Assembly: GCA_018656065.1 (NCBI GenBank)
Contig: JABHZY010000024.1
Coordinates: 288,970-352,969, forward strand
DNA: 64,000 bases
From: Candidatus Komeilibacteria bacterium
GTDB taxonomy: Bacteria; Patescibacteriota; Patescibacteriia; UBA1558; GWA2-36-10
Direction of reading: 5' to 3'
Part shown: positions 18,622 to 26,816 of the stretch, piece by piece
Position numbering within the stretch: position 1 is the stretch's first letter
Layout of the letters: each line of letters begins with the position of its first letter
The notes under the pieces: model-generated
What the model was told of the DNA's origin: nothing
The model's database searches: none
The model's input: the letters and a program-made list of their open reading frames with translations, nothing else
Translations under genes and position numbers: made by a program

Positions 18622-19284
18622 TTATCTTTTATAAACTCTGGAAGAAACAGTAGTCTGAAAAGTATGCTTTACATTCTTAAATTTATTTGGATCATCATAG
18701 GAAGTAAGCATATTGATAGTTACTTTTGGTTGCTGATTATCTCCTCCTTCTATAAAGGGGTCGCTACTTGGAGTTATATAAAAATCTAGACCGTCAAGAC
18801 TTATATTATTTAAATTAGGTGCTAATAATCTTGTATATGTGCGAGAATTACTTTGCCAATTATCACAAATATAATCTTCATCACAATTACTTAAGGTTAT
18901 ATATCTTAATTCTGACGAAGAATCACTAGTATTATATTGAAAACTAGTTAAAGCAAATATTTGCCCATTGGCTTTTTCTAAAATAATACATTTTTCAAAA
19001 TCCCAGATATTTGTAGTTACTGTTCTTAAAACTGAATTACACCAAGCTGGATCTGGTGAATAATTAACTATAGAGCTAGTCCTAATCTCTCTAGCCATAA
19101 GTTCGAAAGCATATTGACTATCATTTAATAATTGCTGAGAAGTTGTAGTACGCATCTGACTATTATTAAAAGCTACATATATAACAGATATAGCGAAAAC
19201 TAATAAACTAAAAATAGATAATGATATCAATATTTCTATCAAAGTAAAGCCTTGATTATTTTTTACAAAATCATTCTTTATCAT
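18622..19284 (-). CDS. type IV minor pilin (prepilin-type N-terminal cleavage/methylation domain)
   Basis: NNQG|FTLIEILISLSIFSLLV leader. Confidence 0.75.
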   Translation of the reverse strand: MIKNDFVKNNQGFTLIEILISLSIFSLLVFAISVIYVAFNNSQMRTTTSQQLLNDSQYAFELMAREIRTSSIVNYSPDPAWCNSVLRTVTTNIWDFEKCIILEKANGQIFALTSFQYNTSDSSSELRYITLSNCDEDYICDNWQSNSRTYTRLLAPNLNNISLDGLDFYITPSSDPFIEGGDNQQPKVTINMLTSYDDPNKFKNVKHTFQTTVSSRVYKR

Positions 19285-19934
19285 CTCCTCCAGTTATAAA
19301 TCTGATCTATAATCTCTAAAGATTTAGTACCACCATCTTCCCATTGAACATGTGATGTAATTTGAATACCAGCATATGTATCTCCAGCATCACAAGGCAA
19401 ATCCATACCAATTATATCCTCAGTATTTTGAGGATTTATTCCCATTTCATCAATACAAATCTTTTCTAAAAATATAGCTCTAGAATAATTAGTTAATTCC
19501 AAAGTACCTGAAACAGGAACTTCATGAACATAATAATTATCAACGTCTTTATATAAATCACATTCTAGGCAAGCTGTTACACAGTCCGTAATACCTGCTG
19601 CACAAGTAGCTCCAAAAGATAACGGCCAAGAATCATTATAGTCAATATAAACATACTGATTATTAACTGTTAAACTATAATCCCAAGTACACGGAATGCC
19701 GCCACAGGTCTCATTAGCTTCTATTCTAAGCCAATTGCTATCCCTCACATTCTTAATTAATTCTATGCCCTCACGAGCTAAATTAGCAGCTATAATTTTA
19801 TCCAAATTATCACGAGAGTTATTATAATTTGCCAGAGCCAAAGAAAGGGCAGCTGAAATACCAATAGTAAAAACAGCTAGCGCTATAACCAACTCTATTA
19901 AAGTAAAACCTTGATTGTTTTTATTACTAGACAC
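19281..19934 (-). CDS. type IV minor pilin
   Basis: NNQG|FTLIELVIALAVFTIG leader. It overlaps the downstream gene by 4 nt. Confidence 0.75.
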   Translation of the reverse strand: MSSNKNNQGFTLIELVIALAVFTIGISAALSLALANYNNSRDNLDKIIAANLAREGIELIKNVRDSNWLRIEANETCGGIPCTWDYSLTVNNQYVYIDYNDSWPLSFGATCAAGITDCVTACLECDLYKDVDNYYVHEVPVSGTLELTNYSRAIFLEKICIDEMGINPQNTEDIIGMDLPCDAGDTYAGIQITSHVQWEDGGTKSLEIIDQIYNWRR

Positions 19935-19958
19935 TAAAAATAAATAAATATTTTATTA

Positions 19959-20669
19959 TTATATTGGTAATTGTATATGAACAGGATCTTCCTTGCCTCC
20001 ATCATCTGGATTAGGATCAGGTGTTGTATATCCAGCAGTACTCTTACCTAAACTAACCCATACTTTACCATCTTCGCCTTCTTCTCCTAACCTCAAGATA
20101 CCCCTATAACTTTGTTCATCATAACCTGCAAAATAGTCTATTTCTAATTCATACAAACCATGAGCATCTTCATGCATATCAGTATCTACTTCATTTTCTG
20201 ATTTAAAAGTAAAATAACGTTTAGTGGCACTAGGATAGTTTAAATCACCTAATTCTAGAAGATTATTGTCTAGAGCTACTATCTTAATAACCATGTCCTT
20301 ATCACCATCATAACCTTCTGCGCTAGTACCAGCATCTGTACCATCTATCCCTGAATCAGCAAAAATTGTATAAGTGCCAGCTGTTCTGTTTGTATAAATC
20401 CCATAACCACCAGGAGGGTATATATCTCCTAGATCTCTTACATCAGCCGTAGTAGTTGCTGAAAAATGATGAATTGTGTTAGAAGTTGCTAAATTCCTAG
20501 TATAACGAATATCAGCAGCTAACTGATCAGTAGCCATATCTACTTCATCCATAATATCTCCCTTAATATAGACTACAGAGATAATAGATATTAGAACTAT
20601 AATAGCAATTGCCATCATCAATTCTATAAAAGTCAATCCCGCTTGATTAGAAAATATTTTTTTTAACAT
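19959..20669 (-). CDS. type IV minor pilin (GspH/FimT-like position)
   Basis: SNQAG|LTFIELMMAIAIIVL leader. Confidence 0.7.
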   Translation of the reverse strand: MLKKIFSNQAGLTFIELMMAIAIIVLISIISVVYIKGDIMDEVDMATDQLAADIRYTRNLATSNTIHHFSATTTADVRDLGDIYPPGGYGIYTNRTAGTYTIFADSGIDGTDAGTSAEGYDGDKDMVIKIVALDNNLLELGDLNYPSATKRYFTFKSENEVDTDMHEDAHGLYELEIDYFAGYDEQSYRGILRLGEEGEDGKVWVSLGKSTAGYTTPDPNPDDGGKEDPVHIQLPI

Positions 20670-20688
20670 AGTTTTATATTAAATTAAA

Positions 20689-21474
20689 TTATATATAATA
20701 AAATAAAGAAAAATACCAATCTATTAAAGCTGGGCCCCACAGCATAGTAATAAAAGTTCCTAATGCCAAAAAAGTGCCGAATGGAATTTTATCTCCCAAT
20801 TCTTTGCGCTTACCCAAAAGTAAAAATATACTAATAAAACTGCCCAGAATATAAGAAATGAAAAGCGCAGTCAAAACATGCGGCCAACCTAAAATAGCTC
20901 CCATAAACACACCTAGCCTTATATCCCCTCCTCCTATCCAACGCCCTTTGGAAACTACAAACTGCAGTAAGAAAAACCCACCGCCAACTACAGCTGCAAA
21001 AATTAAATTAAATATAGAGAATCCCAAAAATAAATTAACAACTAGAGCTAAAATAATTCCTGGCCAAACTACTTTATCTAATATTAAATAATACTTAAGA
21101 TCATAAACAAAAATTATAATCAAAAATGAAACAATGGCCCACCAATCTAATAAATGTACAAACTGTAAAGCTGTAACCGAGGCTAAGTCTAAACTAGGGA
21201 TTATTTTCCAAAAAACCAAAGCAAATACTAAGCCAGTCATTAATTCCAAAACTGGATATTGATTAGAAAATCTTTTCTTACAATAACGACAACGTCCTTT
21301 TAGAGATAAATAGCTAAATAAAGGTATTAGGTCTTTAGCATATAGCCGATGTTTACAAAAAAGACACTTTGAATAGCCTTTAATAAAAGACTCTTCTCTA
21401 TGTAAACGTAAAACAACTACATTTAAGAAGCTACCTACGAAAAGCCCTAAAATAAACACAAAAGCTACTATCAT
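20689..21474 (-). CDS. pilD: prepilin peptidase / N-methyltransferase (A24 family)
   Basis: 261 aa. It has GSFLNVVVLRL, a Cys cluster (CLFCKHRL..CRYCKKR), and GGGDIRLG plus PFGTFLALG Asp-containing motifs. Confidence 0.9.
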   Translation of the reverse strand: MIVAFVFILGLFVGSFLNVVVLRLHREESFIKGYSKCLFCKHRLYAKDLIPLFSYLSLKGRCRYCKKRFSNQYPVLELMTGLVFALVFWKIIPSLDLASVTALQFVHLLDWWAIVSFLIIIFVYDLKYYLILDKVVWPGIILALVVNLFLGFSIFNLIFAAVVGGGFFLLQFVVSKGRWIGGGDIRLGVFMGAILGWPHVLTALFISYILGSFISIFLLLGKRKELGDKIPFGTFLALGTFITMLWGPALIDWYFSLFYYI

Positions 21475-21519
21475 AGTAGCTTTATTATAACATATTTATC
21501 CTTATTTTGGCTATCACTA

Positions 21520-21942
21520 TTATTTACTCTGACAAAGCATTTCTAAATAATTAGACATTTTACAAGTGCCGCCACCTTTTAATTCCCATGTATCCCAAGA
21601 ATGATTTAAATCGAATTCTATAATATAACGATCTTTCATACTAGTTAAAAGTCCTGGCATTACCCATTTTGACTTTTTAAAATATATATAATCACCCTCT
21701 TTATTTACACCATTTTCACTTATCACTGAAATGTTAGCTATATCCATTTGATCAACTTCTGGATAGCTATAATTTATAGCAAAATAATTTTCCATGCTAG
21801 TAGCCAAATGCCTAACTTGAGTAAGCATCTCTAAATCACGAGCTTTACTATTATTATAATTTATTAAAAAAATTAAAACAGCTATTAGAACAACTAATGA
21901 TCCAATGAAAATTGCTTTTGTTTTTATAGAATAATCTAACAT
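21520..21942 (-). CDS. membrane-anchored pilin-like protein lacking the G/FTLxE cleavage motif
   Basis: The track ORF (to 22005) overlaps the upstream pilin. Met at 21942 (MLDYSIKTKAIFIGSLVVLIAVLIF) is the first start after that stop. The post-TM NNSKARDLEMLTQV resembles the pilins' NLNSARDKAK. Confidence 0.4.
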   Translation of the reverse strand: MLDYSIKTKAIFIGSLVVLIAVLIFLINYNNSKARDLEMLTQVRHLATSMENYFAINYSYPEVDQMDIANISVISENGVNKEGDYIYFKKSKWVMPGLLTSMKDRYIIEFDLNHSWDTWELKGGGTCKMSNYLEMLCQSK

Positions 21943-21958
21943 TTTTAATTTAAAATTA

Positions 21959-22393
21959 TCATAAAGTTGTACAGCCAGTACTAGTGTCACAACGTACTTC
22001 AGCACCAGCTACAAAGGCTCTATAATGAAAAGCTCCACTGAAATAATAACATAAACCTTGTATAGCCCCCTCTGATAATTCTGGCCAATCAATAAGTGGA
22101 TCTAAACATAATTCTCCACCTGGATTAAAATTTCCTGAAGGAGGATATGGCGGAGGGCTCTCACAATTACCAGAATTACCAGCAAGCCCCGAACCATTCC
22201 GTATAACACTAGATGAATTATGACAAATATTGATGGCGGGCAATATAGAAGCCATTGTATGCTCTAAAGTTGCAATTTTTGCTTTATCACGAGCTGAGTT
22301 TAAATTAACTACTGCTACAGTAGATAAAATACCAATAATAGCAATAACTACTAATAACTCAACTAAAGTAAAACCTTTTGTTTCTATTTTCAT
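21959..22393 (-). CDS. type IV pilin paralog 1
   Basis: MKIETKG|FTLVELLVVIAIIGILSTVAVVNLNSARDKAK. The C-terminal half is variable and contains Cys. Confidence 0.85.
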   Translation of the reverse strand: MKIETKGFTLVELLVVIAIIGILSTVAVVNLNSARDKAKIATLEHTMASILPAINICHNSSSVIRNGSGLAGNSGNCESPPPYPPSGNFNPGGELCLDPLIDWPELSEGAIQGLCYYFSGAFHYRAFVAGAEVRCDTSTGCTTL

Positions 22394-22409
22394 ATTTTTT
22401 AATAAATAT

Positions 22410-22418
22410 ATTATACCA
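22410..22418 (-). promoter_or_regulatory. extended -10 element (TGgTATAAT) upstream of pilin paralog 1
   Basis: The minus strand reads TGTGGTATAAT, 16 nt upstream of the ATG. Confidence 0.4.
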
Positions 22419-22424
22419 CAAAAT

Positions 22425-22457
22425 TAAAAAACCCTCTACAAAAAGAAAGAAGGTTTT
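22425..22457 (-). terminator. intrinsic terminator after pilin paralog 2
   Basis: The AACCCTCT/AGAAGGTT stem (22430-22437 / 22448-22455, with G:U pairs in RNA) is followed on the minus strand by a U-run. Confidence 0.5.
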
Positions 22458-22482
22458 CTAATTTTAAATTAATATCTAAATA

Positions 22483-22902
22483 TTATTGACAACCACTTTC
22501 ATTACAAAAGATACTTGTCGTACCATCTGTCGCTCCATAGCCAAAAGCTCCAGTTGAAGCAGTGCTACTACAATAACCCAGATAAGACCAAGCACTTTCT
22601 AGAGTCGGCCAAACTGCTGAATCAGTCCAAGCGCAGATCTCACCGCCTGCTACTGGAACATCACCAGCGTCATTACTACAATCTACCACAGTACCAGCAG
22701 TACCATCTTCTGTAAGTTCTTCGCTCTCGTCATGACAAAGTACAACCGCTGGAATCAAACCAACTAAATTACCTTTAACCGAAGCTTCTCTAGCCTTCTC
22801 CCGAGCTGAATTTAAGTTAACTACTGCTACAGTTGATAGAATACCAATGATAGCAATAACTACCAACAACTCAACTAAAGTAAAACCTTTATTATTTTTC
22901 AT
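22483..22902 (-). CDS. type IV pilin paralog 2
   Basis: MKNNKG|FTLVELLVVIAIIGILSTVAVVNLNSAREKAR; ends ..CNESGCQ. Confidence 0.85.
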   Translation of the reverse strand: MKNNKGFTLVELLVVIAIIGILSTVAVVNLNSAREKAREASVKGNLVGLIPAVVLCHDESEELTEDGTAGTVVDCSNDAGDVPVAGGEICAWTDSAVWPTLESAWSYLGYCSSTASTGAFGYGATDGTTSIFCNESGCQ

Positions 22903-22945
22903 ATTTTTTAATTACTCTATTAAATATAATAAATTAAGTAATCAA

Positions 22946-22954
22946 ATTATAACA
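22946..22954 (-). promoter_or_regulatory. extended -10 element (TGtTATAAT) upstream of pilin paralog 2
   Basis: The minus strand reads GTGTTATAAT. Confidence 0.4.
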
Positions 22955-22971
22955 CTTTTTATTAAAAAACA

Positions 22972-23003
22972 CAATTAAAAAACCCTCTGGAAAAGAAGGT
23001 TTT
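22972..23003 (-). terminator. intrinsic terminator after pilin paralog 3
   Basis: AACCCTCT-GGAAA-AGAAGGTT (22981-23001) is followed on the minus strand by a U-run. It is the same module as at 22425-22457. Confidence 0.55.
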
Positions 23004-23028
23004 TTAACTTTAAATTAATATCTAAATA

Positions 23029-23415
23029 TTATTGACAGCCATTCTGAGTACAAACAATAGTTGCTAATGGAGTAGTAGCACCATCAACGATACTAAAGCT
23101 CCATGAACCAAGATAAGCAGTATCCGTAGTAAGAGTTATGGAATCATAATCTTGAGGCAAAGGCGCCCAGTCTACACCAACATCAGGCGAACAGAAATCA
23201 GACCCACTTGCATAAGCTTGAATAGTGCCTGTGTCTTCATTACCACATAGAACGGCCGCTGGTAATAATCCAGCACCCCAACCCTTAGCAGCTGCCTCCT
23301 TAGCTTTTGTACGGGCAGAATTTAAATTGACTACTGCTACAGTTGATAAAATACCAATGATAGCAATAACTACCAATAACTCAACTAAAGTAAAACCTTT
23401 TTTATTTATTTTCAT
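23029..23415 (-). CDS. type IV pilin paralog 3 (probable major pilin)
   Basis: MKINKKG|FTLVELLVVIAIIGILSTVAVVNLNSARTKAK; ends ..CTQNGCQ. The start is taken at Met-7 of the track ORF because GGAGGTG lies 5 nt upstream of that ATG. Confidence 0.85.
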   Translation of the reverse strand: MKINKKGFTLVELLVVIAIIGILSTVAVVNLNSARTKAKEAAAKGWGAGLLPAAVLCGNEDTGTIQAYASGSDFCSPDVGVDWAPLPQDYDSITLTTDTAYLGSWSFSIVDGATTPLATIVCTQNGCQ

Positions 23416-23541
23416 GTTTTCACCTCCAATCACTCTAGCAAATTTTATTGATCAGTTAAGGCCCGAGATCTCCGAGGTTTTAACTTTCAATAAAAATACT
23501 ATTAATCTTAATAATTTTATTTTTAAAAAAATAACATTCTT

Positions 23542-23570
23542 ATTATATCATTTTTTTGGTTTTTCAACAA
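23542..23570 (-). promoter_or_regulatory. promoter of pilin paralog 3
   Basis: Minus strand: TTGTTG (-35, 23570-23565), 17-nt spacer, TGaTATAAT (23550-23542). This gives a ~120-nt leader containing the palindrome GAGATCTC. Confidence 0.45.
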
Positions 23571-23586
23571 CGACTTTTCCACTACG

Positions 23587-23625
23587 CTTGTCATTTCGAC
23601 CGAACGGAGTGAGTGGAGAAATCTA
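23587..23625 (+). repeat. 39-bp direct repeat, copy 1 (flanks the GIY-YIG gene 3' end)
   Basis: CTTGTCATTTCGACCGAACGGAGTGAGTGGAGAAATCTA. Copy 2 at 24014-24052 differs at 2 positions. A shortened inverted copy lies at ~41483-41510. Confidence 0.9.
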
Positions 23626-23911
23626 ATAACCCCTCTGATAAATCAATCCACTTGGAATTATCTTTTTCTATTAAACTAACTTTTTTCTCACGCCTCCATT
23701 TCTTTAATTGTTTCTCTCTTTCTATTGCAATACTTATATCATCTGTATGTTCAAAATAAACTAATTTATATGTTTTATATTTACTAGAAAACCCTTTAAT
23801 TAATCCCTCTTTATGTTCTTTTACTCTTCTAGCTAAATTATTAGTTACTCCAATGTATAAAGTTTTTGATATACTAGACATTATGTATACATAAAAGTTA
23901 TATTCTTTCAT
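23591..23911 (-). CDS. GIY-YIG nuclease superfamily protein (UPF0213/YhbQ-like)
   Basis: 106 aa, YFVYIMSS..KTLYIGVTNNLARRVKEHK..KLVYFE..AIEREKQLKKWRREKK. The last ~10 codons are read out of repeat copy 1. Confidence 0.8.
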   Translation of the reverse strand: MKEYNFYVYIMSSISKTLYIGVTNNLARRVKEHKEGLIKGFSSKYKTYKLVYFEHTDDISIAIEREKQLKKWRREKKVSLIEKDNSKWIDLSEGLLDFSTHSVRSK

Positions 23912-23919
23912 AAATTGAA

Positions 23920-24100
23920 TTTACAGATCTCTCGACTACGCTCGAGATGACAAAAGGATTATGCTCGAGATGACAACAAGTGCATACTCTAGATGACAAA
24001 AGGTTTCGCTTTCCTTGTCATTTCGACCGAACATAGTGAGTGGAGAAATCTAGTTTACAGATCTCTCGACTACGCTCGAGATGACAAAAGGATTATGCTC
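23920..24100 (+). repeat. mosaic repeat region between the GIY-YIG gene and pilC
   Basis: A 47-bp direct repeat TTTACAGATCTCTCGACTACGCTCGAGATGACAAAAGGATTATGCTC occurs at 23920-23966 and 24054-24100. A 23-bp tandem unit CTC(G/T)AGATGACAA(A/C)A(A/G)G.. occurs three times at 23941-24009. The 39-bp repeat copy 2 lies at 24014-24052. Confidence 0.9.
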
Positions 24101-24116
24101 CAAAATGACCTTGTTA

Positions 24117-25325
24117 TTAAGAAATACTTTGAGCCACTTTAAACATCGGCAGCATTATAGCTGCTACCATACCACCTACACCGACGCCCATCACAATTAA
24201 AATCAAAGGTTCAATCAAAGAAGTTAAGCCATCTACCAAATTATCAATTTCTCTACTATAAAAATCACTCAATTTCTCTAAAACATTATCTAATTTACCA
24301 GTCTTCTCACCAATAACCATCATTTGTGAAAGCATTTTAGGCATTAATTTTGATTTAACAAATAAAGTAGCTAGGGAGTTACCACCTTCTACTTCATCTA
24401 CTGTATCAAGTATTAATTTTTCATAAGCTTTATTATCCACCACCTCTGCTGTAATAGTTAAAGCAGAAGTAATTGGCACTCCACCTCTAATAAGTGTAGA
24501 TAGAGACCGAGTAAAACGTACTATATATACTTTTTTAAAAAGTGTTCCAAAAATAGGTATCTGAATTTTTAATGCATCCCAAGTAAGCTTACCAACACCT
24601 GACTTTAACCAAAATCTAAAAAGGACTATCAAGCCAGCCACTCCAAAAATTATATAATACCAATAAGAACTCATAAAATCTGAAGTGCCTATTAATATCC
24701 TCGTCACAAGTGGTAATTCAGCACCAGTTTCTTCAAGCATCTTAGTCATATTTGGCACTACAAAAGTCATCATTAAAAAACCAACTACAACCATTGATGA
24801 TATTATAAAGACTGGATAAATCATAGCACTCTTAATCCGAGAAATAAGATCGTAGTCTTTCTCCATTTGATCGGCTAAGTATTGTAATATTTCATCTAAT
24901 TTACCAGAAGTTTCACCTGACTTGACCATGGCTATATAAAAATTACTAAATGTATTTCCATGTTTAGATAAAGCACTAGAAAACCTCATACCACCTTCCA
25001 CATCATCTGCCATTTCTATTATTTTTTCTATGAAAATAGGATTAACTGTTTGTTGAGCTAATATTCTTAAAGATTGCACAATAGGCACTGTTGCCGATAT
25101 CATAACTGATAATTGACGAGAAAATATTACTAAATCTTTATGCTTAACCTTACCAATATTTATATTCCAACTCTTTCCTTGTTTTTGGCTAGTTTCTGAT
25201 AAAGCTAAAACAATTAAACCTTTTTCGTTTAACAATTCTGCAGCATCACTTTCAGTCACTGCCTCTACAGCTCCATTTGTTAATCTGCCATCATTTGTTC
25301 TTGCTCTATATTTATATATTGCCAT
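24117..25325 (-). CDS. pilC: type IV pilus platform protein PilC (GspF family)
   Basis: 402 aa. It has the duplicated GspF-domain architecture with 3 TM segments (FSRQLSVMISATVPI, FTRSLSTLIRGGVPI). Confidence 0.9.
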   Translation of the reverse strand: MAIYKYRARTNDGRLTNGAVEAVTESDAAELLNEKGLIVLALSETSQKQGKSWNINIGKVKHKDLVIFSRQLSVMISATVPIVQSLRILAQQTVNPIFIEKIIEMADDVEGGMRFSSALSKHGNTFSNFYIAMVKSGETSGKLDEILQYLADQMEKDYDLISRIKSAMIYPVFIISSMVVVGFLMMTFVVPNMTKMLEETGAELPLVTRILIGTSDFMSSYWYYIIFGVAGLIVLFRFWLKSGVGKLTWDALKIQIPIFGTLFKKVYIVRFTRSLSTLIRGGVPITSALTITAEVVDNKAYEKLILDTVDEVEGGNSLATLFVKSKLMPKMLSQMMVIGEKTGKLDNVLEKLSDFYSREIDNLVDGLTSLIEPLILIVMGVGVGGMVAAIMLPMFKVAQSIS

Positions 25326-25348
25326 TTTATGTTGAATTTATTGAAACA

Positions 25349-26401
25349 TTAATTGAAGCCCTCTGAATCTACTGCCTGATTTCTGGCATCTTCTATACTA
25401 ATTTCTCCTACTCTTACTAATTCTGACAATGCTTTATCTAAAGAAATCATACCCTCATGTTTGGAGGTTTGCATAATACTATTTAACTGTTGTAACTTAC
25501 CATCTCTAATAGAGCTTCTAACAGCTGGAATATTTACCAATACCTCTGAAGCCATAGTTAATCCCCCACCTACTCTAGGCAGCAATCTTTGAGCTACAGC
25601 ACCTAATAGAGAGTTGGCTAATAAATCTTTACCCCATTCTTTTTTATCAACTGGTATATTACTAATAAACCTCTCTAAAGCAGATATTATTGAATCGGCA
25701 TCCATAATTAATATAATTAGTTTACCACTTTCAGATAATTCCAATATCAATTCCTCCATACCATCTTCATGCATACAGTCTACAAAAACAGCGTCTATAT
25801 CTTCATCAAGCATATTTTTGAGACCGCTGATAAAAGTATTTACATCTTTACCTACGCTTCTTTGTTCAATCACTGATTGATTATTAGAAAACAAATATTC
25901 TATTGGTTTTTCTAAAGTTTGTATATGAATTCCTTTATTTTGATTAAGTGTTTCCACTAAAGAAGCTGCTGTAGATGTACGTCCACTACCAAAAGGACCT
26001 GTGATAATAATCAAACCTTTATCTCTATTTAAAAGTTGTAATACAGCGGCTGGCACCCCTAAATCTTTTGGCGCTCTAATAAATGGAGATATCAAACGCA
26101 AAGAAACAGCTAAAAATCCTTTTTGATAAAAAACTTTAGCTCGATATCTACTACGATCAGCCCAATTATATATAGTGACTACTTCTTTTTCTTTACTTAG
26201 TCTTTCAAATTCTTCCTTAGCCAAAAAAGCTTCTGCTAAAGCAGTTAAAATATCGCCAGTCAAAATTGCTTGATCCGCTAAAGTAACCAATCTACCCTCC
26301 ACTCTAATAACTGGATTATTACCAGCTACCAAATGAACATCTGTGGCTTTTCTTTCAGCAGCCGCATTTAATATATCATTTATAATCAAAGTATCTGACA
26401 T
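25349..26401 (-). CDS. pilT: PilT-like hexameric ATPase homolog with all catalytic signatures degenerate
   Basis: 350 aa, collinear with PilT. Walker A is GPFGSGRTS (Arg at the Lys position, codon CGT 25979-25981). The Asp box is TLEKPIEY, Walker B is DAVFVDCMHED (canonical ILVGEMRD), and the His box is LIMDA (canonical GTLHT). Confidence 0.85.
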   Translation of the reverse strand: MSDTLIINDILNAAAERKATDVHLVAGNNPVIRVEGRLVTLADQAILTGDILTALAEAFLAKEEFERLSKEKEVVTIYNWADRSRYRAKVFYQKGFLAVSLRLISPFIRAPKDLGVPAAVLQLLNRDKGLIIITGPFGSGRTSTAASLVETLNQNKGIHIQTLEKPIEYLFSNNQSVIEQRSVGKDVNTFISGLKNMLDEDIDAVFVDCMHEDGMEELILELSESGKLIILIMDADSIISALERFISNIPVDKKEWGKDLLANSLLGAVAQRLLPRVGGGLTMASEVLVNIPAVRSSIRDGKLQQLNSIMQTSKHEGMISLDKALSELVRVGEISIEDARNQAVDSEGFN

Positions 26402-26405
26402 GTTT

Positions 26406-26789
26406 TTATTCTTCTTCTTTTTCTAAAATAACTTTTATCTTATTAATTACCTCAGATGGCACAAAATGAGCCTTAATTAAATAATCATCAGCTCCTAGAC
26501 CTAAACAACGATCAATGTCTTCTTTCTGAGAATAATTAGTTAATATTAAGATTCTAATACCCTTGGTATCGTCATCTCTCTTCAATTGACTAAGCACTTC
26601 AAAACCACTCATCTCTGGTAAATTAAGATCCAAGAGTATCAAATCAGGCTTTTCTTTTTGAGCAACTTTTAAACCCTGTAAACCATTAATGGCTTCCAAG
26701 ACTTTAAAACCCTCTAATTCCAACTTAGTGGAATACATCTGCAATAAAAATTCGTCGTCTTCGACAATTAGTACTTTTTTATCTTCCAT
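26406..26789 (-). CDS. single-domain response regulator (CheY/PilH-like receiver)
   Basis: 127 aa, VLIVEDDEF..DLILLDLNLPEMSG..ILTN..GADDYLIK. Confidence 0.85.
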   Translation of the reverse strand: MEDKKVLIVEDDEFLLQMYSTKLELEGFKVLEAINGLQGLKVAQKEKPDLILLDLNLPEMSGFEVLSQLKRDDDTKGIRILILTNYSQKEDIDRCLGLGADDYLIKAHFVPSEVINKIKVILEKEEE

Positions 26790-26816
26790 ATAATTATTAT
26801 AAATTAATATTTTTTA

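Noticed and set aside
23416-23433. N-terminal extension MIGGEN of pilin paralog 3 given in the ORF track
   Set aside because: These codons are the Shine-Dalgarno region (GGAGGTG). The Met at 23415 gives a leader (MKINKKG|F) matching the other two pilins.
23920-24100. Short tandem and direct repeats between the GIY-YIG gene and pilC as a possible CRISPR array
   Set aside because: The 23-bp units are directly adjacent with no unique spacers, the copies are degenerate, and no cas genes are nearby.
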